DNA of 62,954 nt, the filler included, from Asterionella formosa (lineage: Eukaryota): NCBI GenBank assembly GCA_002256025.1. It is 12 parts of 12 records of this genome, joined end to end, with 100 filler letters (N's around TTAATTAATTAA, not from the genome) between each part and the next. Parts side by side here need not be neighbours in the genome. Positions count along the whole stretch, not along the records: positions 23,825 to 47,537 come from NKIB01002417.1; positions 47,638 to 49,079 come from NKIB01002426.1; positions 49,180 to 50,621 come from NKIB01002427.1; positions 50,722 to 52,163 come from NKIB01002428.1; 8 more parts are not named here. The stretch is one strand, 5' to 3'. The notes under the pieces were generated by a model. That model was not told the origin of the DNA. It saw only the letters and a program-made list of their open reading frames with translations, and searched no databases. This document shows, piece by piece, positions 38,520-51,010 of this stretch. The first letter of the stretch is position 1. Each line of letters starts with the position of its first letter. The position numbers were made by a program, and so were the translations under genes.

Positions 38520-39640
38520 CCCCCCATGGACACTGCCGTGACTGAATTTGACTGATTTTACCTAAGGGGAAGGGGGGGGGCAGGAAAATGAAGATATTTC
38601 CCCTTATAACAGACCTTAGTAAATTTGATTGATTCTACAGGATGGCGCGCATTTTTCTAATTAATAATAATATGATCATTGTTTCCATAAAGTAAAAAAT
38701 GAGAAAGTTCTTGACTTTGCAAGGAAAACGCGACATCACGCATGGATGAAGCATGGGAACTCCCCGGCAACATCAAAGCTGTTGTACGAAAGTATTGCAT
38801 TAGTGCCAACAATATTCGGTGATGGAAAGCTACCTTTCATGCTTTTGAGACTCGTTATACTGATTTAGAGGGATTATTTTCGGATGAGGGTTGTTTGTTA
38901 TTAAAGAAACATACGTTTCATTCAGGCGAGCCATGGATCAATAGTGCAGCTGAATTTGCTGTGATTAGCCTTGCTGATGATTGCGCTTGTTCGGTCATGT
39001 TGCTTGCTGCCGAGCTGAAGCGCTTTTTGGAACATGATGTTAGCTTGATTGTGTAGCTTGTTGGTGCGCCTTGCAAAACATTGTGGCGCAAAACACGCAC
39101 TATGTACTGAGTGTCATGCAGGAGTATCTCCTGTTTATTAACCCGCAGTTTCTTGAAGGGTCATATCATGGTACTAGTATCCTAGATATAGATGAAACAA
39201 ACATTTATTTTGATATGGCAGGCGGGCGGGCTCAAACTAGCTGATAGAGGTGCCAAAACAATTAGCTACTGCACCAATGGCAGCAGTATGTGTTGCACAC
39301 CAGTGTTGTTGGGTGTTTCAATGTCTGGAGAGAAGCTTACTCCTCCTGTTTTGTTTTCCAAGTAGTACCTGATGCCAGGATCCAGCAAGAGTTGAACAAT
39401 CAACAGTTTGCTTATCCTCAACAGAGGATAGTTTATTGTTGTCAGACAAAAGCATGTGTTGCTTGATGAGTCAGTAAAGCCATCATGGACAATCAGGCCA
39501 GTCATGGCACCCAGCCAACCATCCTACCTTCTGATGCATGAGTTCCAGGTACATTTGATGGCGACAAGCCTCCATGCAATTAAGGATGGTGGAACTGCCG
39601 TGGACTTCATGAATACATGCATTTCCAGGTATTTCCACCA
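38520..39640 (+). mobile_element. Decayed pogo/Tigger-type (Tc1/mariner superfamily, DDE_1) transposon
   Basis: Fragments read MDEAWELPGNIKAVVRKYCISANNIR*WK (HTH), VAQNTHY, IDETNIYFDMAG, LADRGAKTIS, LLGVSMSGEKLTPP and YLLMHEFQVH. Stops and frameshifts. Upstream terminus shared with 22194-22432. Confidence 0.8.
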
Positions 39641-40714
39641 TAGATTATTCTTTTCTGAACTAAGATTACTAGAGGCTAACGGTACCTGGTACCTGTATCC
39701 TACAAATCGGTGGTTGTTGTGTGCACCTGAAGAATACGTATACCAGTGCCTTGTAGTACCAGGGTACGTGCAAGTTACGGTAATTTTGCTGAAACTAAAA
39801 GTTTAGCTATCTTTATCCCATATTAAATTGTTAGTTCAAGCAAAATTACCGCGACGTGCTGGTACCAGGTACCCCGGAGTGCCAGTTTACTATAAGTACA
39901 TATGCACATCGTCTGCCAATTGAGGTGACCATGACATTTGTTCGGTTACAGTTGTATCGTCCATACTTAGCAGTAATAAATTAGAAATACGAAGAATTGT
40001 CTCAATTGGCACAAATATGCCATTCACTCTGGCTTATAACAGTGGTATATTTATTCTACTTAGGGAACCCTGGGGAAGAATGGTCGATTTGTGTATTTTG
40101 AGCCAATCGCCACTGTCCTTTGAAATGGCATTTTCCCTACCGACGGCTCTTTTATGGTGGCCACTACAGCTATGCCGTTACAATAAACTCAAGTTAGGTT
40201 CATATTCCGCGAATAGACATATCGAGGTACAACAGTGTTCAACTTAATTTCCATAGTCCGATTTGGAGCGGCCTTTTCCTATCTTCATGATCTCAACAGC
40301 CTGGGCGGTAGTAAAAAATAAATCTATTTAGAACGAAGTGAGCACCCGGTGGAGGGAGGCATCATGTAATATAAATATAGTCATACCTTTCTAAAGGTCA
40401 ATTTGTTCGAATGCATATGTGCGTCATACATGTACAAAAAATTTTAAGGATAAAATATCGGGTAGTTGCTTCCTGATCGTTGCAGAGCGGCTTTTTTATC
40501 AGAGTTCGAGATGAAACTACAAGTTCTACCTGTAGGGACATTATATCATTTACCGGTACATCTGTTGCAGTCTCTGTATTACAACGTATACATCTGCTGC
40601 AATCGGCTTTACAATCATAAAAATTGACGACAGCAACCAAAACCTTCTGGTTCTAATCACTACAAGGGATCCTGTACTCTCGTGCTTCCTGAGCAGTTCC
40701 AGATCCCATCCGCC

Positions 40715-41293
40715 ATGCTTCCTACTCTCCTCCTATGCCTTCTCTTTCTCCCCTTTCTTCTCGCCGAGGACTCAGGTTTGAGCTACACGTATGTGTCGTT
40801 CGTAATCACAGTCACACTCGATGGGGACGCACCGTCCATGTGCACCAGCTCACAACGTATCCGTCTTCGCAATACTTTGAGAAACGGGCTCCGTTATCAT
40901 GGCAACCTATTTCTTCAAATTAAGGACTTTAGTGACGAGTCCAAACTGACGGTGTTTGATTTTGATGCTGCAGGAGAACGAATCGATGGAACAAATCTTC
41001 GTCGTCTTACCGATACAAGTGGTAACAGCTTCACGTACAAGGCAGTTGGAGGATTTATTTGTCCCAGCACCTTTTGCACTGAAGTGGACACTATCGAAAG
41101 TCGTCGTCAACTTAAGCCTTTCCTTGTGTCAACACAAACGGTTACCATGGATAGTTACATGTCTGAAAAATTGACTCAAGATGTGCGGTTTTGGATCCAC
41201 AGAATGAACATCAACGAGGGGGAAATTAGTTGTCTAGGTAGTGGAATGGACGTTACTGTCGACTTTGCGCTCCTGGACGATTATATTAATTAG
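40715..41293 (+). CDS. Small secreted protein of unknown function
   Basis: Signal peptide MLPTLLLCLLFLPFLLA. Intact single-exon ORF, CpG-rich unlike its flanks, with LRRL and RRQL motifs and a CPSTFC Cys pair. Confidence 0.75.
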   Translation: MLPTLLLCLLFLPFLLAEDSGLSYTYVSFVITVTLDGDAPSMCTSSQRIRLRNTLRNGLRYHGNLFLQIKDFSDESKLTVFDFDAAGERIDGTNLRRLTDTSGNSFTYKAVGGFICPSTFCTEVDTIESRRQLKPFLVSTQTVTMDSYMSEKLTQDVRFWIHRMNINEGEISCLGSGMDVTVDFALLDDYIN

Positions 41294-42577
41294 GTGGACT
41301 ATACTGGTTAATCCATACTTCAATAGACGCACGGTAACATGTAAAATGTATATACTGCTGTCGCTCCTCACTTTCGAATTTGTTGAAAACCTTGAGTGCT
41401 GAATGAAAGACTAACAGATCATCCAAGGAATCTTGCTTGAAGTTGTACTACGTATAGCCAGGTTGGCTTGCGAGAAGGAGTTGCGAACCCGAACTCAAAG
41501 GTAACAAAGCATATGTACTGCAGATGGATATACATGCACAATATAAATAGCATTTTATAAATATCTTACATATTTGGATCACGATGAAGTACAAAAAAGG
41601 CATAACATTTTATTATATTTGTATCATTAGAAAGGTGACCTATCAGTAGCTAGCCGATACCAGTGATACCAACTTTAAGGCCATTCTTATCATTCCGAAA
41701 TTGCGGTATCATTTCCGGGGTATGGAAAAATGACAGTTGATATCAAAACACGGTATCAGCAATGGTTACTTGATGGTATCAATGCGAAAAATGGTCATGG
41801 TGAAGATCTATCTAGGTTCCCTACCGTATTAGTCAGTCCATGTTCTTGGCAGGATAGGGAGCAAATCAATAGACTCAATAGACCCAAAACCCCATCATTA
41901 GCTAGGTAAAAGTCTAGATCCTGGATTGGAACAGGAACTGTATGAAAGCGGAATTATCTTGGCCAATCATGCCTCCAAGCCTGTTTCACAATTTTGTCCA
42001 CATGATTGTACTCTTCCATGCTATACTGTTATTCCATGTGATCGTAGCATGTATCATTTGCAAAGAAAACTTGTTTTCACTAATAACTAAGATACTGATG
42101 AAAAGAATAATGCTTCTCCACCAGCACATTGGGCAATAGCTAGTAGCAATGCATCCATGGCTGCCTTAAGGTAGCTTCTTGCTAAAAACAAAGTGCTGTT
42201 TCATGACTCAGCCAGCGTGAACTTTCCCTTTTAGCAAACACCAATATAGACGGGAAATTCCTAGTTCAGCTTCATCATGAGGAAATAATTCAAGTGACAA
42301 AAATGACATACAAACGATTTCGCTCCTTGATTCTTGTTGCTAGAATACAAATGACCCACAGAATTGTTAACAACCCCTCCCCAAATTTTGCAATTTCAAT
42401 TTAAACAAATCTAATGTAGTGGAGAAAAGTATGCATTGATATTTTAATCAATTTATCGCTTAAAAAGAATCAGTTTAATCGAAAACAATATTGAAGGAAA
42501 AATAATGTCATGTGTTGATACTAATTAAATGTACTGTAAATGGGCTCTCAGTATATATTGTAATTCTCAACCTCACT

Positions 42578-43335
42578 CTACTGCTTGGCTTGCAAAATCT
42601 CCAATAACTTTATCTTGTCCTCGTTCTTCACGTTACTGGCTTTCCCATTTGTTACAATGTCCAAAGGCAACAGTCCCTTTTTCGTTTCCACAGTTACTGC
42701 TCCATTTGTTGCTAAAATGGCCACGCCATTGGAATTCAATGGACCACGTCCACTTTCCAAGGCACAAATGAGAGGAGTGCGTCCCCAACCATCTTTCACC
42801 AGCAGTGTTGATACATCCATATCTTTAAAAAAAGTTAAAATAGCTGGACCTGCAATGGGGTCACGATTCTGAAGTGCAGTACGATGAATTGGCAAATCAC
42901 CATACCTGTCAGCAATTCGAATCGCTTCTGGAGCAAGATCGACAAGTGCTTGAATGACATCCAAAGGACCTTCTTGACAAATGACAGCCTGAGTGTATGT
43001 GTGTATGTTTATGTGTACAGAAGACAGAAAGAACGGCAAGGTGCAACATGGACACTAATTAGTATCATGTATAATAGTAGCTAAACACAACATCAACATC
43101 AAGACACACACAGACGTACCAATGGTGTCAAAGAAAGCTCCCCTTCTCTCAAGAGTGCCATTTTAGCAGCATCCTCTGGATGATTAGACATGTATTCCAT
43201 CACTTCACTCCATGTGCGCAATTTCGGACGCTGATCTGCTTCAATGCATAATTTATGCAACTTGGATTCACATCCCCAATAGCAAACACCATGAAGGAAT
43301 GATGTGCTTGGATCTTCTTCCTCTTTTTCCGTCAT
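42578..43335 (-). CDS. Ankyrin-repeat-like protein, 2 exons: 43335-43120 and probably 42988-42578
   Basis: LTPL, DRYGDLPIH, DGWGRTPLICA and KKGLLPLD ankyrin-type motifs. GTACGT donor at 43119 and CAG acceptor at 42989 are in frame. Confidence 0.75.
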
Positions 43336-43785
43336 GATGGATGATGAGCAATATTATATAGTCGACAGACAGCACTCACATTTACTTGACGATTCAATTG
43401 TAATGACTGATGGTGGTGCTGGTGCTGGTGCTGGTGATTATACCTTGGTATACGAAGGGTCATGGGAAAATCAGTTGTGTGTTGTTGTGTCCTTTTTCTA
43501 TACTTAAATTCCGGTATACCAGTACCGCTATTTAAAATGGAAGGATTGATAATCGTATTTTCTTCCAGTTTCCATATTTAAAATTATTTCTATGATACAC
43601 ATAAATTTTTAGTTATTTAAGGCAAACAAACCTACCGGGATGTTAATAACGGTACTACCGGTACTACATATACTAACTACCGGTACACTATTACATCCAC
43701 CCTGGTGGTCTTTTCCTGGTGCAGGACACGAATCAGACACCAATCGGACACAAGCAAACATAGTATACCGGGAACGTAGTCGTAA

Positions 43786-46360
43786 AAAATTAAACTCCCA
43801 GTTAAACCCGTAGTGGAAGCTAGCACTAGTAGTTTACTCGTACTCCACTACTGTGCACAAAGCTAGCGACAATACCGGTACTGGTAGCAGGTACCATGTA
43901 TCATTGCTCCTATCGACTGGTACCTGGTACCAGGGTACCGTAACAGGGTACGTGTATGCGGGGAATAGACCACTGTATATATTATAGTATTTAATATGGA
44001 GTCACCACGAGTACATATACTTTTGCACTATATTACAGTAAATAGAGGACCAAGTCTATTACTGGTAGATATGTCTATTTATCATATAACCGAAATGAAG
44101 CGAAAACAATCAATGTGTAGCTACATATATTGAAAAATAGTGAAGAAAAAAATGTGACCACAGAAGTATGAAATCATGCATCTGTGTAATAATAACCTAA
44201 ATACATACTAGCTGTGTATGACCACCAGTGTGATGATCAGCAGATATCAATTGATTGGCAATCTAATCTGTGGCACTGTTCTATCTGGAATATATACCTC
44301 ATACATTTTGTCAATTTGCAATGTGGCACCAGTGAAAAGAATGCAGCTCAAAAAGGGTAGTCATCATTTCCCACACAACGCTTTGCCAAGCAACAATACT
44401 CCACCTTTTTTACTCTATCCTGCACAGCCCTTGTAACATTTTTAGCCACCTTACAAACCTAGTTCCAACTTTGCATTCCTACCAAAGAACAAATAGTTTT
44501 TGGTGTAACAGAAAGACTACAATACTGACAGAAATGCTTCCTCCCTCCTACCTCTTTGATGCACATCCTGCATCATTTCTGTTGGTTCATCAACTTGTTA
44601 ATTGTTGAAAACTTCTTTCTGGACTCTCAATCATCATTCTGCATACTTGTCACTCCTTCTACCACCAATAATACTAGTAGTCAGAAGTCAAAACTCCTTC
44701 AAGATTAGAGTTGATTGGCTGATGTCATCCACCATACTTTCAAAACTAGGCGATATTGCATCTCGATCTGCTGGGAGTACAACCCAAGTATACAGTTCAA
44801 AAAAACTGGCAGCTCAGACTTCCCTCCTTCACCTGCTGTTGGTGTCCCATCACTCACACCTTCCTCTCCTTACCTGCAGGTAAGAAGTACCTGTAGTATA
44901 CAACCGCTGCTGCATACCCATTACCGGGTACCTGGTACTAATAGTACATGAATGAGGATGGGGTTTAATTTTTGTGTACAGTTACCAGGTGGTACCTGGT
45001 ACCTTGTAATAGCTAATATGTACTCGTACAGTGTATATTCCTACGATGATCGTGCGTACAGTTATGGTTTAATTAAAGCAAAAAATTAAACCCGCAGTGA
45101 AACCGGGTTTAATTTTTCCATACCTACATACTGTTGCAACACGGTCCTTCCACTTGTATTTTCAGATCAATACCGTGCCAGTATTAAAATGACCAAGTAG
45201 ACACATAGGAGAGGCCCACAGGAAAATGCAAGTTGGGTTTAATTTTACCAATTACGGTACGGTATCTACATAATAGTCTACCGGATATCATCCGGAATAT
45301 AAATACGGTAAATTTTGGGGGACATGGAACTTAAGTACGGTATGTACAAAAAAAGGTATGATGGTCGTTCTCTTCATATTTAGCTAGCAAAAACCTCTAT
45401 GTAGTGAAATTGGCAGTTACGCATATTCTCTCTGCATTCACTCCAAATTCTTTATAGGACAAAGCATTACGAACGTACCCAAAAATAATCAACTCTCAGT
45501 GCAACCTTTTGTTGCCACATACACATACCGGTAGTTGTTGCTGTGTACTGCACTGGTAGTTAACTAGCACCTTCAACAAACCTCGCGATGTACATATACT
45601 TGAATACAGCGTAGACTGGGTAACAGGTACCTGGTACCGTTACATATACCGGTAGTCCAGTCGTGGCTATGTTGTGCACTGGTAAAGTTAACGGATTACA
45701 CACCTTCGACAAAAAAATTATGCGCCCCAACGGGTAGGGCAGACCGCGTACTGGTCAAGACTGGGGCTGCACACAGGTTTTTAGTGAGTGAAAGTCTAAC
45801 ACTTCCTCGCCCAGGTGAGAGGGGCGGGGTGCCTCACCGGACACTGGGACATGATTGGATGACGGGGTGCCTCAAAAACATTCCTCAATACGTGAACTGG
45901 TGGGAGGAGTTTGAATCCTCCCATGATGTCCCCCAAGCACCCCACATCGATGGGGCAGGTGGGCAAAGCGGCTGGATAGGTTTTCTCCTGGCGCCTTGGA
46001 ACAGCCCAAAAAAAAAATAAAAAAAAATATAAAAAAATGTAGCGATATACCGATACTCGTTTAGACTGGGTACCAGTACCAGGGACCAGGGACCAGTACC
46101 ACCACCATCTTGCTTCACGTGCATATTTTTATGCATCATCACGCACATCACGGACTTTCGACGACTAATCAGAGTTGATTTTTCAACCAAAAAGGGAGTA
46201 CAAAATCAACCGTCAATGCAACCGGGTTGATTTTTTCTTTGTTGAACAATACTGTAATTTTCTCGTGATCAAGTACGGAAAAATACCGTCAAGGTATTTT
46301 ACCATCCGCAGTAGAACGATACTTGAGGCCTACAGAAAAATACAGCCTGGGTTGATTTTT
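43786..46360. repeat. Scattered AAATTAAACCC / GGGTT(T/G)A(A/T)TTT motifs in both orientations (transposon-end-like)
   Basis: Copies near 43786, 44960, 45083, 45100, 45236, 46202, 46224 and 46349. Palindromic pairs at 45082-45115 and 46202-46234. Confidence 0.55.
45721..46037 (+). mobile_element. GC-rich structured element with poly(A) tail (SINE or 5'-truncated LINE 3' end)
   Basis: GC-rich island in AT-rich DNA. Stems GCCCCA/TGGGGC, GGTGAG/CTCACC, GGGAGG/CCTCCC and CCCCA/TGGGG. Ends in a ~30-nt A-rich tail at 46008-46037. Confidence 0.6.
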
Positions 46361-47180
46361 ACAAGTAATACCGGGGTATTCGATTTCATAAGTATTCATA
46401 TCAGTATACACATATAAATATTTCAAGAAAGGGAGCATGCACTAGTATTGATATACCAGGTAACTTGTTTTGGTCATAGAACATTCTTCAAACATGTGTT
46501 CTAGGAGGAAAATAGTATGTACTCCTTGTTTGACCTATTTCGTACATCAGGGAACGAACTCATGTACTGTATGTACAGCACACAAAACAGGTAGTACCCG
46601 GTACCTGGTACCATGTACCGGGTAAACTACCGGTCCTCGTCGAACAGGTGGCTGAGCACCTGTGGGATGAGGAGACCATCGATTTGCCTACCGTAGCGGC
46701 TGTGCCGCTAGTAGGATTTTCTATTGAAACACATTATAATTTATGTTCGTATATGAATAATATTAATAAAACAGGCATTGATTCTCGTGATCCACACATT
46801 TTATACTGTACTGCTTGCTGACTTTCGTCTTCATCATAATCTATTTTCCAGCCTCTTACTTCCTTTTGTGTTTTATAAATACGCACAGACAGCAGACCTG
46901 CTAACTATAATCGTACCAGGTACTACGGAGTACGGAGTAGTACATCATTGTAATTTTTTAAATTAAAATATACGCACGGTATTGATACGTACTATACGGT
47001 ATGTGTGGTCTACCGGTATGCTGGTTTGTCTTTTACCATGTCATTATTATTATATATATATTTAATTATATAAATTATTTTATTGCTCATGGTCTTGATG
47101 CTCAAAACAAAAACATACGTCTCCTCTACAGTGTCTCCCAATCATCTGACTGTTTCGTTCGTTCTATTACAAGTGTCACA

Positions 47181-47346
47181 ATGGAATCAACAATCAAGGC
47201 TACTGCTGCTGCTACCAGTAATAGTAACAATAACCACATACAGCAAGAGCAACTTCAACCAGATCAGAAACAGCAACCTCAACAAGATCAGAATCAGCAA
47301 CCACTACCGGTGGATCAGAAACAACAGAAACAACAGCAACAACAGC

Positions 47347-47382
<36 letters not shown>

Positions 47383-47537
47383 ACACTGCCAACAAACCTC
47401 ACGACCATCATATCCATACCAACACCACAACTACAGTCCTTCAAGCCAATCGCACCAACAGCAACAAGAACAGAAAGCGTCGCTTGGTTGAGGACACAAA
47501 TACTGCCACCACTCATACTGCTGCAGCGGCCACTGCG
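47181..47537 (+). CDS. 5' end of a low-complexity poly-Gln protein, cut by the spacer
   Basis: ATG 47181 starts MESTIKATAAAT..., followed by a Q17 tract and a basic RKRR motif. Open to the gap. Confidence 0.5.
47331..47381 (+). repeat. (CAA/CAG)17 microsatellite
   Basis: Read directly from the sequence. Confidence 0.97.
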
Positions 47538-47728
47538 NNNNNNNNNNNNNNNNNNNNNNNNNNNNNNNNNNNNNNNNNNNNTTAATTAATTAANNNNNNN
47601 NNNNNNNNNNNNNNNNNNNNNNNNNNNNNNNNNNNNNATATATTGTATGATGCATCATATTTTTTTGTGATGTCATACCCTTAAATTATGTACGTAGCTA
47701 AATTCGTCATATTGGGCCACCCAAATAA

Positions 47729-48784
47729 TTAATTTGGGTGATCATATTTGACTAGCGTTTTTTTTGTGGCGGCTGTACCAGTAATCGGCGTTGTAGATGA
47801 TTTTGTCTGAAGAAGACCAAATGCCATATCTATTCTTATCCTTAGCTGTGAAAGGAAAAAGTTAAATGTATCCTGTGTTGGATCATCACGTTGTGAGCCA
47901 ACAAAGGGAACAAGCATTACATCAGACAATGTGTAAGCTGCATCGCCGACCAGATAAAAACTTGTGTTGAATGCTGCAACTTGATCGAAAATGGAAGTTT
48001 TTTCAAAAGCTACTTGGTCACTGCATTTTCCCGGTGCAATTACACCAAAATAAATAAATCTTGAGTCAGCATCACAAACAGCCTGGACATTGATTCCATA
48101 AGTCATGTAGTGACCGGAAAAAAATGAACCAGGGTTGTTGCCACTTTCAACTATAGTCGGGCGGTTGATGGTGGCAAGGAAGCCGTCAATAGCACCAACA
48201 CATCCTCTCATCATGCCCTCTGAGCTTTTGCATTCAAAGCTGGAAGCCAATTTGATAAATTCTTCTTTTTCTTTTGGAAAAAAAATTTCGAGTTCTTCAC
48301 AGTTTAGTACAGCATCAATGAACAAATCACGACATCGATAAAGTGAAGCAATGCTACAACCGTAGGCATGACGAATGTCGATGTAACTGCCACCAGCCAG
48401 CCATCGCAAACCAATGGCTACCACAATTTCGGGAATTATGGGCTCAGAAGTGCCACATTTGGAATAATTCCCTGCAATCTGAATTTCCAGCATGGAGGTG
48501 AGTTTTTTGAATGCTCTGTGTGACATTCTGTATGTCTTCTCGAAAGCAATCTCGTGATTGAGTTTCTCGACATGTGATTGCCAGGAGATTCTTTCGTGGT
48601 GCCACTTGTGCCTTCGTTGTCGTCGTCGTTCAGATGACTGAAGCTGCCGTTTACAGCGTCGCCTTTGTCGTTTGGATGAGTGTTCTTTTTCCTCTGCTTC
48701 CTTAGTTAAATGACAGAGGAAGAAGAAATCAAGATCACTACTGTCATCGTCATTATCATCAAGTAAATCAAATGGCGACGACAT
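47729..48784 (-). mobile_element. PIF/Harbinger transposase (DDE_Tnp_4/HARBI1 family), copy 1, C-terminally disrupted
   Basis: YRMS...F..L, LRWLAGGSY, GCVGAIDG, NVQAVCD, PGKCSD, LVGDAAY and FNFFLSQLRIRIDMAFGLL motifs. Family similarity stops after LQTK (~47800). Confidence 0.92.
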
Positions 48785-49337
48785 GATTCATGCAAATGTG
48801 TGTTTTTAATATTATATTTAGTTTCCCGGTAATTATATTTTGTTGTTGCTTGATATCAAGACCATCATTATATTCTGGAGGGATATACACATGATCTTCG
48901 CCAGCCTGTTGCCGTTGAAGATTCATTTTACTCCATGATACAATGTGATCACAAATTAGTGATACAGTGACACTTTTGGAATGAATGAAATTCAGTTCAA
49001 ATCGAGTTACCGTTGCTGATACATTTTCAAAAAAATTCAAATTCCGTGATACACGAAAAAAAATGATAAGAACGACCCTNNNNNNNNNNNNNNNNNNNNN
49101 NNNNNNNNNNNNNNNNNNNNNNNTTAATTAATTAANNNNNNNNNNNNNNNNNNNNNNNNNNNNNNNNNNNNNNNNNNNNAACATGACACTTCTGTCCGAC
49201 TCGGTCGATGGAGCAAAAGAAACGACACCAGCGTCCGGTTATTTGCAAATGGCTGTACTTGATTAAAAACAAATAACCATTTTGTTAGTAACTATTTATG
49301 AGTAAATAAAAATTCTTACTTCCCTCTTTCCCCATAG

Positions 49338-49556
49338 GAATCAAGCAAAAACGAAAGTAGTCCTGACGAGGAATACTGTGTCGTCGATCCGGAAAGTTGG
49401 GAACTCATTCGTCTCACAGTAGCCGAAAAGGAGAGTATCTTTCTGGACACGCTTCAGTCCTACGATGCCACTGGAATGCAAATGCTCAAGGATGACGAGT
49501 TTGACCTATTGAAGGAAGATTTGCAATGGAACGGATCTGAGCATATATATAGCTAA
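49338..49556 (+). pseudogene. PGRL1: Isolated fragment of a PGRL1 (PGR5-like 1) gene
   Basis: EEYCVVDPESWELIRLTVAEKESIFLDTLQSYDATGMQMLKDDEFDLLKEDLQWNGSE matches the PGRL1 core (E..FL.ALQS.Y..G...M...EFD.LKE.L.W.GS). It runs into AT-rich sequence and a stop before the TM helices. Confidence 0.75.
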
Positions 49557-50181
49557 AACAAGGAAAGACGACACAACAATGAACGTGATGGCTGGTTGTT
49601 GAGGATACCTGCATGTGATATGCATCAATCCATATCACAAATCATATTATAGTGATGTACATATCAACGCATCCGTATACTTAGATCCTATCCACTGTAT
49701 AATACTATCATATTAACTGTTGACTTTAACTGTATACATTAAACGACAAACATACATATAAATTAACATACTTTATGATTGCTTGATTTATATTCTGTGA
49801 TGTATCGATAACACTTGCGTACATATTTTATCGTATTTTATTGTCATTGTACTATTTTTACATGATCATATTTTGATCAAAATTATATCATAAACATTTT
49901 ATAAAATCATCATAATTTTATGATCAGTGTATCATAGTTCTGTGATGTACTTTATTCAATATTACATATCATACTTTGGTGATGTATGCATCGATGTAAT
50001 CTTATCATGATATCACAGTATCATCTTGTCAATCATGATGAGATGATTGGGAAGCAACTGTATTATGCATCGTGCTACGGGGTATATTATTATATCACGC
50101 AATTTAGTAGCGAAGTCACTCCGCCTGTAATGTACAAAAGTTGACAGTGCACATACCGGGTACCGGTACTCAAACGCTAAT

Positions 50182-50600
50182 CAGGTTTGAGGCAACGGAC
50201 AGTGGTTCGAACGAGTGAATGATGATACGGTACCAATTTTTCCATTGAAAGAACTTGTCTCTCTATTGATGAGGATGACACGGACACGGACACGGACACA
50301 GACACGGACACCGACTTTTCCAGGAGCAAACAACAATGAAGAAACCCACTTGTCGCTCTATTGATGTTAACAAAGATGCGGACAAGTTCAACAGTGAATA
50401 CAAGAACAACATACCAATGAAAACAAGTCGACAGTGTGTGTACGCACACGCCAAGCAGGTTTGAGGCAACGGACAATTCCAACAAGCAAATGACGATACA
50501 GATATCAAATTCTTCCTACGAGCAAACAACAATGAAAAGAGCCACTTGCTTTCGCTCTCTTGATGGTATCAAAGATGCGGACAAGTTCAATAGTTAATTC
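50182..50600. repeat. Imperfect tandem duplication with an internal (GACACG)n hexamer tract
   Basis: CAGGTTTGAGGCAACGGACA at 50182 and 50456. GAGCAAACAACAATGAA...AAAGATGCGGACAAGTTCAA at 50323 and 50520. Hexamers at 50277-50311. Confidence 0.85.
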
Positions 50601-50721
50601 AAGTACAGTATGCCAAACGCANNNNNNNNNNNNNNNNNNNNNNNNNNNNNNNNNNNNNNNNNNNNTTAATTAATTAANNNNNNNNNNNNNNNNNNNNNNN
50701 NNNNNNNNNNNNNNNNNNNNN

Positions 50722-50990
50722 CTTTTTACGTGAAGAGTGGCATTAATGCATGTGAAGTACCACATAATTAACACTCGTACGTAAACGAAATTTCGAAAAG
50801 TCAAATGAATTATTTGAAACATCAACTAATTCAGTCTCGCGTTCAAAAGTCATTGTGAAAACTCACATGAAGCAGTTAAAACTTCACATGAAACCGTTAA
50901 AAGTAATCTTTTTTACGTGAAGAGTGGCATAATTGCATGTGAAGTACCACATTATTAACCCTCATACGTAGACGAAATTTCGAAAAGTGG
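50722..50990. repeat. ~80-bp direct duplication
   Basis: TTTTTACGTGAAGAGTGGCAT...GAAATTTCGAAAAGT at 50723 and 50910. Confidence 0.85.
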
Positions 50991-51010
50991 CGTATTTCGC
51001 GTCTTAGATG

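Noticed and set aside
46632..46680. TCCTCGT resembles the L3 loop of HDV-like ribozymes
   Set aside because: The flanking P3 does not pair and no P1/P2 partners were found. A simple hairpin explains it.
48768..49040. Upstream ORF overlapping the Harbinger start in both copies (also 60267-60614)
   Set aside because: It is shared only because the copies are near-identical, and it shows no Myb/SANT features.
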